Shown here: positions 1 to 12,084 of the stretch, piece after piece
Layout: every line of letters begins with the position of its first letter
How positions within the stretch are numbered: the stretch's first letter is position 1
DNA from: a bacterium
GTDB lineage: Bacteria > Patescibacteriota > Minisyncoccia > Phycocordibacterales > JAKAEA01
Length of the DNA stretch: 39,971 nt
NCBI GenBank assembly: GCA_021818465.1
Contig: JAKAEA010000001.1
Location: 1-39,971 of the forward strand
Direction of reading: 5' to 3'
Position numbers and translations under genes: made by a program
The notes under the pieces: generated by a model
Told to the model about the DNA's origin: nothing
Databases searched by the model: none
What the model saw: the letters and a program-made list of their open reading frames with translations, nothing else

Positions 1-375
<375 letters not shown>

Positions 376-677
376 AAAAATTATCCTCGCGAGATTTTGA
401 ATAAAAATCTGGCGAGTCGAACGGAACAAAATAAAAGACGCTAGTAAAAACTATTGTTTTTAAGATTTTGTATTTCCAACTTTATTTTTAGTGTAGGTTT
501 TGATTGCTCGAATAAAACTGACTTGTTTTATTTGGAATTATAATTTGTAAGAAATAATTAGGTACTTGCCGGAATATAACCAGTGTTACTGGCCATATCC
601 GTCTCAAGTATTCCAAGTTTCAAAGAACCAGCTCCTTTTAGAGAGCGTTAGACAGTATATCCTAACAAAAAATACTG

Positions 678-1697
678 TCAAGAGTTTTTACTTTTCTGCC
701 ACTTTTCAAAAACTACAAGCAACGGCGAAGCAACAAAAATTGAAGAATATGTGCCGACAATAATACCGATAAGAAGCATCAGAGAAAAATCACGAGTTGT
801 GGAACCGCCGACAAGGAAGAGAACGAGGAGAACCAGGAAAATAGTGAACGACGTATTAATAGAGCGCCCAAACGTCTCGCGTACACTTTTACCAACAGTT
901 GTTTCAAAATCTTCCTTAATGCGTTGTTCTTTATTAACGCGAAGGTGTTCACGAATACGATCAAAAACAACGATGGTATCGTGCACAGAGTAGCCGAGAA
1001 TAGTGAGCACGGCGGAGACAAAAAGTATGTCCAATTGCCCACCAGTAAAATGCAAATAAATGATAAAAAGACCAGTGGGAATAACTACGTCGTGTACGAG
1101 AGCGATAATAGTGGCGAGACCATATTTCCAACTTGGTACCGGTTCAGATACTTTACGGAATGCAAAGGTAATAAAGAGCACGATACAAATAACCACAATC
1201 GAAAGTGCTATGTATGATTTTTGTGCCAGTTCAGCGCCAATAACCGGACCAACCGAGTTGTATTCCTGAAGCGTGAACGGGGCTGTGCCGTTAAGTGAGA
1301 GCGCATTCAGAAATTCTGTTTTTTCAGTATTGGAAAGTTGTCGAGAACGAATAATATAACCTGCTACACCAGTCGATTGAATTTCCGTATCGCTAAAATT
1401 AGCGAAATGGAGATTAGTGATGGCGCTCTGCAACTGGGCTATAGAAGGAATTGGTCTCGCCGTTGTCGATGACGCTGTGGAGGGCGTAACCGCTACAAGT
1501 GGACCAGCCGCGCTTGATGGAACAAGGTGTGTCGCTGTGCTTGTCGCCGTACCACCAGTGTATGTGATTTGCGTTAACGTACCACCCAAAAAATCAATAC
1601 CGAAATTAAAACCATAAAAAATCATGGCTAGCACAGCGAGCAAAATGAAAGCGCTGGAGAGAGCAAAGAAGAATTTTCTGTAGGTAACAACAAACAT
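678..1697 (-). CDS. secF: protein translocase subunit SecF
   Basis: 339-aa multi-TM ORF with SecF-type motifs LVHDVVIPTGLF and ILGYSVHDTIVVFDRIRE. It starts 10 nt after the secD stop. Confidence 0.9.
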   Translation of the reverse strand: MFVVTYRKFFFALSSAFILLAVLAMIFYGFNFGIDFLGGTLTQITYTGGTATSTATHLVPSSAAGPLVAVTPSTASSTTARPIPSIAQLQSAITNLHFANFSDTEIQSTGVAGYIIRSRQLSNTEKTEFLNALSLNGTAPFTLQEYNSVGPVIGAELAQKSYIALSIVVICIVLFITFAFRKVSEPVPSWKYGLATIIALVHDVVIPTGLFIIYLHFTGGQLDILFVSAVLTILGYSVHDTIVVFDRIREHLRVNKEQRIKEDFETTVGKSVRETFGRSINTSFTIFLVLLVLFLVGGSTTRDFSLMLLIGIIVGTYSSIFVASPLLVVFEKWQKSKNS

Positions 1698-1707
1698 GAT
1701 AGTACAA

Positions 1708-3060
1708 TTATGATTGGTTTTGTTTAGCTACCGCCGAAGCGACCGGTCGCGGCGCGTTATCTTTACGCAATCCACAACCAAAAAGAAACTTGATTATCGG
1801 ATTACGATCAATAAGTGTTAAAGCGAAGAGAAACGTTCGAGAAATGGTGATAGCAGTAAGCATACTAATAACTACACCAATGCCAAGAGTAAGAGCAAAA
1901 CCTTTTACTGATGATGTTCCCATCCAGAAAAGCACCAGTGCTGTAATAATACTGGAAATATTGGAATCACGAATAGAAAGCCAAGCGCGATGAAAACCTT
2001 CGTGAATAGCCTGCACAAGTGGTTTACCCCAACGCAACTCTTCTTTCATACGTTCAAAAATAAGAATATTGGCGTCTACAGCCATACCAATAGACAACAC
2101 GAAGCCTGCCAAACCGGCGGCAGTTAGAGTTACGGGGATGAGTTTGAAAACGGCCAAGGAAATTACAACGTAAATAACCAAAGCGACAGAAGCAATGAGA
2201 CCTGGTAAGCGATACCAAAGAATAAGAAAGAGAACAATAGCTAGAAAACCAATACTACCGGCCTTAACACCAGCATTTAAAGCCGATGCACCCAGTGATG
2301 GACCAATAGTTTGTGTATTTTCCAAGGTGATGGGCATTGGCAGAGCACCGTAATTAAGATTTTGCACAAGAGATTGCGCTTCACTGATACTGAAACTACC
2401 TGTTATTTGAGCCTGACCACCAGAAATTTCTTGATCAATAGTTGGTTCAGAAATAGGGCTGTTATCAAGAAAAATACCGAGCACTTTTCCCACATTATCT
2501 TTAGTGATCTTGTCAAAAAGTGTTGCACCCTGACTATTAAATTGTAAACCAACGTACGGCTGGCCCGTGGTGTTGTTAAATTCTAAAGTTGCCCCCGTAA
2601 TATAGCGTCCGGTGAGACCAGTTGGCACAAAAGCGGTTACCGTACTTGTGCCAAGTGTTGTGGTTGTTGCAAGACGAAAATCAAGTGTTGGCGTTTTACC
2701 AATTTGGGCAATTGCCTCTTGAACGTTGGTTACACCTGGCAAATCAACAATAAGTCGATTTTGTGTAGTAAGACCGCCTGCGGCTTCGGTTTGCACCACC
2801 GGCTCAGAAACACCGAAAAGATTAACGCGTCGTTCAATGACACCCTTTAAGGCTTCCATTGCGCCTGCAACTTGCGCCGGTGGCACCTGAGAAACGTCGG
2901 CACTGTAGGTCAGCTCGGTGCCGCCGGCGAGATCCAAACCAAGTTTAAAAGGAAAATTTGAAGCAAAACCATTGCCTGTGTGTTGAGAAGCAACAACAAA
3001 CCACCCAAGTAAGGCTGCACAGATAAGAATTACGATAGTCCAGAGACGGTAAAAAGACAT
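1708..3060 (-). CDS. secD: protein translocase subunit SecD
   Basis: 450-aa ORF with an N-terminal TM and a periplasmic domain starting LGLDLAGGTELTY. The C-terminal 6-TM bundle contains SIGMAVDANILIFERMKEE. Confidence 0.9.
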   Translation of the reverse strand: MSFYRLWTIVILICAALLGWFVVASQHTGNGFASNFPFKLGLDLAGGTELTYSADVSQVPPAQVAGAMEALKGVIERRVNLFGVSEPVVQTEAAGGLTTQNRLIVDLPGVTNVQEAIAQIGKTPTLDFRLATTTTLGTSTVTAFVPTGLTGRYITGATLEFNNTTGQPYVGLQFNSQGATLFDKITKDNVGKVLGIFLDNSPISEPTIDQEISGGQAQITGSFSISEAQSLVQNLNYGALPMPITLENTQTIGPSLGASALNAGVKAGSIGFLAIVLFLILWYRLPGLIASVALVIYVVISLAVFKLIPVTLTAAGLAGFVLSIGMAVDANILIFERMKEELRWGKPLVQAIHEGFHRAWLSIRDSNISSIITALVLFWMGTSSVKGFALTLGIGVVISMLTAITISRTFLFALTLIDRNPIIKFLFGCGLRKDNAPRPVASAVAKQNQS

Positions 3061-3125
3061 GGGAGCGTAGAAATAATAAAAATACGGATGTTGGCTATCC
3101 TACCTCAAAAGCCCTAGAAAATCAA

Positions 3126-4484
3126 TCAAGCGCCGGCAAAAGCTAAGAGTTTTTTAATAGTTTTTAAAGCTATACGAATATCGAGCAAAAATGAACGATT
3201 TTTGATGTAATACAGATCATAAGAGAGCTTTTCTTTGGTGGAACGTACACCAAGCGCATGATGAGAGTGTCCGTCGTGATAGAGCTGTGCCCACCCAGAA
3301 AGACCGGGTTTAATAAGATGGCGAATGCCGTAATATGGAATTTCTTGTTCATACCGTACGACCGCTGACGGTAGTTCTGGCCGCGGTCCAATAAGTGACA
3401 AATCGCCACGAATAACGTTCCAGAGTTGCGGCAACTCATCTAAACGCGAACGACGCAAAAATAAGCCGGTACGCGTAATGTGATTATCACCATTAGCCGA
3501 CTCTCCTATTTCCACATCGTTGCGACTCATTGAACGAAATTTGTAAATAGAAATTGGATGACCATCTTTACCTATACGTTCTTGAACAATAAATACTGGC
3601 CCCCCATCGTCAAGCTTTATGGCAGCAATAATACACGGGTAGAGCACCAGCGAAAGCAGCGCGGCTGGTATTGCCAATATAATATCCATAATTCGCTTAA
3701 AAAGATCGTACCCTATTTTGGGACGCAATGAAATATTTTCTAAAAACCAACTGTATCCGATAAGCGACAATGGAATACGATCAAAAACACTTTCGTAGAG
3801 TTTATGCATGTCTATAAAAATAATTTTTGAAAAAATGAGATTATAGAGCGAAGCAAGAATCGGTTCGGCCTGATTTGCCTTGAAATCAGCGACAATGACA
3901 GAAATGGCATCACTGTAAACACGTTGCACCACTTCTTCGGTAAAATCAACATTCGTTAAACGATCAAGATCAACTGAAGAGAGAAACGAGAGAGCGTAGT
4001 GCGGATGATTATTAATTTCCTCACGTAATTCTCGCATCTCATCACCACTCGCAATCAAAAGCGAATTCTGACGCTGTCGCGGTACTAATATAGAAATACC
4101 ATACAAACGCCACAACAAAAGAAGCACTAGTGAGACGATAATAGCAATAAACAGATTAGTTTTAGGAGTAATGACAAAATACGGAATAAGATAAAAGAAG
4201 GCTATGGCCAAAGCGCTATTGATAAGATGGACGCGCACAATAGCCCACGGCAAACGATCTCGTAAAATAAGTGTACGTTTTTCATAAAGCCCACCAATAT
4301 AGAACACAATAAGCCACACTATAAATATCAAAGAGAATGGCAAAAGATGAAGCTGGAGTAAGGCGGCAGTGGGCCATTGAGTATAGCGAAGTACGAGCGT
4401 AATCCACAGTGAAATATATAATACAAAAATATCACCAAAAAATAAGGTGGAGAAATAGCCTCGTCGGAAAGCCATAGCGATCAA
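3126..4484 (-). CDS. polyprenyl-phosphate glycosyl-1-phosphate transferase (bacterial sugar transferase family, WbaP/CpsE-like)
   Basis: 452 aa with several N-terminal TM segments. The C-terminal domain carries FKRIMDIILAIPA, PVFIVQERIGKDGHPISIYKFRSM and DELPQLWNVIRGDLSLIGPRPELP. Confidence 0.85.
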   Translation of the reverse strand: MIAMAFRRGYFSTLFFGDIFVLYISLWITLVLRYTQWPTAALLQLHLLPFSLIFIVWLIVFYIGGLYEKRTLILRDRLPWAIVRVHLINSALAIAFFYLIPYFVITPKTNLFIAIIVSLVLLLLWRLYGISILVPRQRQNSLLIASGDEMRELREEINNHPHYALSFLSSVDLDRLTNVDFTEEVVQRVYSDAISVIVADFKANQAEPILASLYNLIFSKIIFIDMHKLYESVFDRIPLSLIGYSWFLENISLRPKIGYDLFKRIMDIILAIPAALLSLVLYPCIIAAIKLDDGGPVFIVQERIGKDGHPISIYKFRSMSRNDVEIGESANGDNHITRTGLFLRRSRLDELPQLWNVIRGDLSLIGPRPELPSAVVRYEQEIPYYGIRHLIKPGLSGWAQLYHDGHSHHALGVRSTKEKLSYDLYYIKNRSFLLDIRIALKTIKKLLAFAGA

Positions 4485-4518
4485 TGTACCACAAAATTAT
4501 GCAAAAACAAGATTCGCC

Positions 4519-5670
4519 TTAAAGGCCGACTATTTCTTGGCGAGCCGCTTCCCGACCACCAGAAAGACGGTAGCGGCGCATACTCATTAAAATACCTAGA
4601 GCGGCAAATTCCGTAACAAGATGTGATCCGCCGTAACTCATAAACGACAATGTTACGCCGGTTATAGGCAATACACCGATATTCATTCCGACATTAATAA
4701 TAATATGACTTAAAAAGAAAAAGGTTATTCCTAAACCATACAACACTTCAAAATTTGAAACACCAGATATAGATGTCTGCAAAAGCCTTGTGATAATAAT
4801 CGCATAGAGACACAGTAGTATACTAACGCCCACCAGACCCCATTCTTCAGCAAATGCTGCAAAAATAAAATCAGTTTGATATTCTGGCAAAAAATTAAGA
4901 CGTGATTGCGTGCCATAGCCAACCCCTTCTCCCAACAGCCCACCGGACCCAACAGCAATAGCTGACTGGTAGGCGTTATATCCAGCCCCTTGAATATTAG
5001 TAAGCGGGTGAAGAAAAATTTCAATTCGTTGGCGTTGATATTCTTTGAATCCAAAAAACCACAAACCAACAAATGCCACCAGACCAATGGCTAGTACTGT
5101 CGCTAGATGTTTCTTAGAAAGACCCGATACAAGAACCATACCTAACCAAATAAGAAGAATGATGATAGCCACTCCCAAATCTGGCTGTACAAGAATGAGT
5201 AAGGCAATGATGAGCGCATAGACACCCGACACAATAACGTGGCGAATGTTGGCAATTTCAATATGCCGCCGCGAAAAATATTTTGCCAATACTATCACAA
5301 GAATAATTTGAGCCGGATCCGATGGTTCAATAGAGAAAAGACCGACCCTAAACCAACTCGCCGCACCACGAGAAATGTGGCCAACAACAAAAAGCATTGC
5401 TAAAAGAGCAGCAACCGCCACGAATAAAAGAGCGACAACCCCCGGCCTTTTTAAAAAACGAACATCCACAAAACTAATCCCAAAAAAGATGATGAATGAG
5501 ATACCAATCCAAATAATTTGATGAACAAAAAACGGACTGGAACCAGAAAACGAATTCATTGTTACCAATCCTGCTGCCATAATCGGCAGTGTTGCTACAA
5601 ACAGAATTGGATCAACCGCCTGAAACAGGCGGTGAAAGAAAGCATTAGGGTTGGATAGGTTGAGTTTCAT
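4519..5670 (-). CDS. SEDS-family peptidoglycan glycosyltransferase (RodA/FtsW)
   Basis: 383 aa, ~10 TM. Motifs are GAGYNAYQSAIAVGSGGLLGEG, NFLPEYQTDFIFAAFAEEWG and PITGVTLSFMSYGGS. I cannot separate RodA from FtsW on sequence alone. Confidence 0.85.
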   Translation of the reverse strand: MKLNLSNPNAFFHRLFQAVDPILFVATLPIMAAGLVTMNSFSGSSPFFVHQIIWIGISFIIFFGISFVDVRFLKRPGVVALLFVAVAALLAMLFVVGHISRGAASWFRVGLFSIEPSDPAQIILVIVLAKYFSRRHIEIANIRHVIVSGVYALIIALLILVQPDLGVAIIILLIWLGMVLVSGLSKKHLATVLAIGLVAFVGLWFFGFKEYQRQRIEIFLHPLTNIQGAGYNAYQSAIAVGSGGLLGEGVGYGTQSRLNFLPEYQTDFIFAAFAEEWGLVGVSILLCLYAIIITRLLQTSISGVSNFEVLYGLGITFFFLSHIIINVGMNIGVLPITGVTLSFMSYGGSHLVTEFAALGILMSMRRYRLSGGREAARQEIVGL

Positions 5671-6454
5671 TAACTACAGGTAACAATTCCGCACGCACCG
5701 GCACTATCGTAAATGGCGTAATCCACGTAAAAACGATGTGCTTACTAGACTGTTCTGGCAGATCACTCACGTATGTTTTGGAAACACCAAGAGCATTACC
5801 GGAAGCATCGTACAGAATAGCGGAGATATCGATGCGAGGCAAATTAGTATACGACACATTAGCGATATCGGCTTCAACACGGGGCGCTGTGGTGGTAGAA
5901 AATGTAGTTTGCACATTATTTATTTGCAGAGCACTAAAATCGCGAGCAGCATTTGGTGCTACATCCCACGTAATTGGTCCAAATTGAAAATTTGTTCTAC
6001 CCGGAAGAATCACCGAAACGCTTGAGGAAGCAGTAGATTGTCCCGCGGAAATATCACTCTCAACAACCGCAAAATTTTGCCCAGCAGGAATGTATGTTGT
6101 TCCCGAACGACTGCCGAGAAGTTTGCCTGTGTTGCTATAAAAATCAAACGTGTACGGAACATTGAACGCTTGTGCCGTAGCATTTGGATTTTGAATATAC
6201 GCAGCTGCAGAATACACACCGGGAACAACAGCAAATGCTCGCGACCACAGAACGATTGGCGCTTGCACTTGATTAGAACACAACTTGACGCACGGCCCGC
6301 CGCAATCAACACCCGTTTCCCCTCCATCTTGTCTACCGTCAAAACACGTAGCGGGACGTTGTGTCAGCACATACACAGAAACATAAACAGACATTAATAC
6401 TATAACGAGAAGTATGAGGAAGTATAAAAGTTTCCTTTCAGTAGACCATTGCAT
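5645..6454 (-). CDS. hypothetical membrane-anchored extracytoplasmic protein with Cys-rich module
   Basis: 269-aa ORF with one N-terminal TM (LLYFLILLVIVLMSVYVSVYVL), then CFDGRQDGGETGVDCGGPCVKLC, then a beta-rich Ser/Thr/Asn region. Its 3' end overlaps the SEDS gene start by 26 nt. Confidence 0.6.
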   Translation of the reverse strand: MQWSTERKLLYFLILLVIVLMSVYVSVYVLTQRPATCFDGRQDGGETGVDCGGPCVKLCSNQVQAPIVLWSRAFAVVPGVYSAAAYIQNPNATAQAFNVPYTFDFYSNTGKLLGSRSGTTYIPAGQNFAVVESDISAGQSTASSSVSVILPGRTNFQFGPITWDVAPNAARDFSALQINNVQTTFSTTTAPRVEADIANVSYTNLPRIDISAILYDASGNALGVSKTYVSDLPEQSSKHIVFTWITPFTIVPVRAELLPVVNETQPIQP

Positions 6455-6493
6455 AATGCTTTTATTTTAGCATACAAAAAAATTGAATACTCT

Positions 6494-6606
6494 GTTCCGG
6501 CGGTGAGCTACTCTCCCATCCATAGACGGTACCATCGCCTCAGCGGAGCTTAACTTCTGAGTTCGGAATGAGATCAGGTGTGACCCCCGCGACGAACCAC
6601 CAGAAC
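6494..6606 (-). rRNA. rrf: 5S rRNA
   Basis: Reverse complement reads GTTCTGGTGGTTCGTCGCGGGGGTCACACCTGATCTCATTCCGAACTCAGAAGTTAAGCTCCGC...GGGAGAGTAGCTCACCGCCGGAAC. The ends pair as a terminal helix and the CCGAACTCAGAAGTTAAG core is present. Confidence 0.93.
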
Positions 6607-6636
6607 ACAATATTCAATTTATATTTTATTTTAATT

Positions 6637-6666
6637 CCAGGTAACAGAGCATATATTGAGATTCGC

Positions 6667-6678
<12 letters not shown>
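6637..6678. repeat. 3' arm of the long-range inverted repeat bracketing 23S (putative RNase III processing stem)
   Basis: CCAGGTAACAGAGCATATATTG (6637-6658) and ACATTTCCTGAC (6667-6678) are reverse complements of 9996-10018 and 9977-9988. A short unpaired bubble separates the two paired segments. Confidence 0.75.
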
Positions 6679-9976
<3,298 letters not shown>

Positions 9977-9988
<12 letters not shown>

Positions 9989-10018
9989 AGAACCACAATA
10001 TTATGCTCTGTTATCTGG
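9977..10018. repeat. 5' arm of the long-range inverted repeat bracketing 23S (putative RNase III processing stem)
   Basis: GTCAGGAAATGT (9977-9988) and CAATATTATGCTCTGTTATCTGG (9996-10018) pair with 6667-6678 and 6637-6658, apart from one unpaired base and one G-U pair. Confidence 0.75.
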
Positions 10019-10170
10019 AATCAAAGATTCACAATATAACAGAATGTATTCTACCTGCCCGTCTGCAACACTATAAAGACCCCTCTAAAATCATTGTTGA
10101 TTTCAGAAAGTCGTGTCGCGACGGAAATGTAATTTTCAAATAACGATCGTTTCAGAAACCTGATTGTAAA

Positions 10171-10196
10171 ACAAAAAATCCGCGTTGCCGCGGACA
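10171..10196 (-). terminator. intrinsic terminator downstream of the wHTH gene
   Basis: Minus-strand RNA reads UCCGCG-GCAA-CGCGGA followed by UUUUUUGU. The stem is 10179-10184 paired with 10189-10194. Confidence 0.6.
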
Positions 10197-10326
10197 TAAA
10201 AGCCTTTTTTAAGGGCCCTTATGAGCGGCAGTGGAATTTTTTGATCAACATATTCAGGTGAGAGCTATTATACTCTAAACTGTTTTTGCGTCAAGCGCCG
10301 AAGCTGGTATATACCCCAAGCCGAAA

Positions 10327-10959
10327 TTAGAGACCCAATTTGTCAAGAATTTTCTCGTGAGGATAATCGAGAATATCACGAATAAGTTTGTCATACATAT
10401 TCACACGATACTTAAAATCAGCTGTTTCAAAAACCGCATATTTAATTTCCCGACCAAGTTCTGACTCTATCTTTTTTACAATAGTATCGAGGGAAGTTTT
10501 TTTTATGCTATCACCGACGATAAGTAGGTCGATGCGCGCATCAAGGTTTTGTAGAAACACTCCCGACAAGACTACGAGTTTTAACTTTGCAACACGAGCC
10601 AGACGATCGACAATTTCTTTATCGCGCACAGGACTTGGGTAGAGTAATAACTCGCGTAATTGTCTCAAGTAACTAAACTCTGGATTGATGCTCCACGTGC
10701 TGGTACTCTTGAAACTCATTTTTTTAACATCGCCAGTCTTTTTTTCTACCTGCACTTTATTCCCTCGCATACTGCGACGGTGTCGCACAAGACCAACGCT
10801 TTCAAATAACGTTATCGTGCGTTTTGCTTCAGACTCTGAAACCTGGGAACGACGAGCAATGTCAGCCAATGAGAATGATCCTTGCGGGTTAAACAAAAAG
10901 AGCCGCATAATCTTTACCTTGGCCGCCGAACCAAATAGTTTTTCTAGTATCTCAATCAT
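10327..10959 (-). CDS. winged-helix domain protein, putative transcriptional regulator
   Basis: 210 aa. The N-terminal wHTH-like segment is LADIARRSQVSESEAKRTITLFESVGLV. The C-terminal segment RIDLLIVGD...YAVFETADF resembles a degenerate minimal nucleotidyltransferase fold. Function unknown. Confidence 0.5.
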   Translation of the reverse strand: MIEILEKLFGSAAKVKIMRLFLFNPQGSFSLADIARRSQVSESEAKRTITLFESVGLVRHRRSMRGNKVQVEKKTGDVKKMSFKSTSTWSINPEFSYLRQLRELLLYPSPVRDKEIVDRLARVAKLKLVVLSGVFLQNLDARIDLLIVGDSIKKTSLDTIVKKIESELGREIKYAVFETADFKYRVNMYDKLIRDILDYPHEKILDKLGL

Positions 10960-10974
10960 GAGGTGTAGTATAAC

Positions 10975-11006
10975 GCAAAATATGCCCGCTTGAAGGCGGG
11001 CATATT
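10975..11006 (-). terminator. intrinsic terminator after rplL
   Basis: Perfect 9-bp stem TATGCCCGC (10981-10989) / GCGGGCATA (10996-11004) with a 6-nt loop. On the minus strand it is followed by UUUUG. Confidence 0.7.
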
Positions 11007-11015
11007 GTATCGTTT

Positions 11016-11432
11016 TTATTTAAGTTCAACTTTTCCGCCCGCTTCTTCAACCTTTTTCTTGAAAGCGTCCGCATCTTCTTTCTTCATACCTTCTTTGAGA
11101 ACCGACGGTGCGGCGTCAACAAGATCTTTAGCTTCCTTGAGACCGAGGCCGAGTACCTCCTTCACCACTTTGATGACGGCAATTTTACCAGCGCCAGCAT
11201 CTTTTAAGTGCACGTTGTATGTGCTCTTTTCTTCAGCGGCTGGAGCGGCGCCGGCGGCCGGAGCGGCTGCAACAGCCGTGGCGGAAACACCGAAACGCTT
11301 TTCAAAAACTTTCACAAGCTCGTTGAGCTCCAACACTGACATTTTTTCAATACTTTCAATGATTGTTTTAAACTGAGCCGGAACTTCCACTTTTTCAGCG
11401 GCTGGAGCGGCTGCTGTTGTTTCTTCTGCCAT
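11016..11432 (-). CDS. rplL: 50S ribosomal protein L7/L12
   Basis: 138 aa with [18 protein letters not shown], an Ala/Pro hinge [14 protein letters not shown], and C-terminal [56 protein letters not shown]. Confidence 0.95.
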   Translation of the reverse strand: MAEETTAAAPAAEKVEVPAQFKTIIESIEKMSVLELNELVKVFEKRFGVSATAVAAAPAAGAAPAAEEKSTYNVHLKDAGAGKIAVIKVVKEVLGLGLKEAKDLVDAAPSVLKEGMKKEDADAFKKKVEEAGGKVELK

Positions 11433-11483
11433 AATAATTTCAATTAATAAATACTAGTAATAAGACTACCGAACTGAGACCTT

Positions 11484-11978
11484 TTAGACGGTCTTGGTTT
11501 TAGCAATCTCGCCAAGGGCGAGCGCGGTGCGCTGAATTGGACTGTTGATAATATTAGCCAACATACCCAAAAGCGTTTGACGCGACGGAATACTGGCGAT
11601 GGCCAGAGCCTGATCGCGGCCGATATATGCGTTGTCAAAAATAGCTCCGAGAATAGAAATTTTTCCTTCGTGCTTTTTTTCAAATGCGTATACTTCGCGA
11701 GCAGGAGCCAAAGCGTCATTGGTGCTGTAGGCAATAGCTACTTCACCAGTGAGTTCCGGTACTTCGCCGGATATATTCTGATCGGTCAAAGCTTTGCGCA
11801 TCAGGGTTTTTTTAGCAACCGTGTAGCCAACGCCGTGCGCACGAAGATCGTGGCGCAATTGTGTTGTTTCCGCGACAGGTAAGCCGTGGAAATTTACAAA
11901 AACCATCGATGTAGCATTCGCAGCAATTTGCGAAACCTTATCTAAGATTTCCTTTTTTTTGTGTTTTGATAGGGCCAT
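11484..11978 (-). CDS. rplJ: 50S ribosomal protein L10
   Basis: 164 aa. FVNFHGLPVAETTQLRHDLRAHGVGYTVAKKTLMRKAL fits the L10 family pattern. It lies immediately upstream of rplL. Confidence 0.9.
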   Translation of the reverse strand: MALSKHKKKEILDKVSQIAANATSMVFVNFHGLPVAETTQLRHDLRAHGVGYTVAKKTLMRKALTDQNISGEVPELTGEVAIAYSTNDALAPAREVYAFEKKHEGKISILGAIFDNAYIGRDQALAIASIPSRQTLLGMLANIINSPIQRTALALGEIAKTKTV

Positions 11979-12084
11979 AGATACGAATCTATGAATAATT
12001 CTGAATCGACCCGTGGCAAAGTATTTGAGAATAACCTCGAGAGGACTTATGTATTGCCTCTTGTCTTTGGCACACGTGGCACCA

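Noticed and set aside
651-679. 8-bp hairpin GACAGTAT...ATACTGTC overlapping the secF stop codon, considered as a terminator separating secF from 16S.
   Set aside because: On the minus strand the stem is not followed by a U-tract (UAACGCUC). I cannot support it as an intrinsic terminator, though it might still be a processing or pause structure.
566-763. 65-aa plus-strand ORF in the 16S leader region.
   Set aside because: It sits in the AT-rich spacer and runs into the secF 3' end on the opposite strand. It has no motifs and its composition is typical of non-coding sequence.
6607-6666. tRNA genes in rRNA spacers and other intergenic gaps (370-677, 6455-6493, 6607-6666, 9989-10326, 17500-18056, 31597-31746).
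   Set aside because: The spacers are either too short or lack the GTTCRANYC T-loop and acceptor-stem pairing I looked for. A tRNAscan-SE run would be the definitive check.
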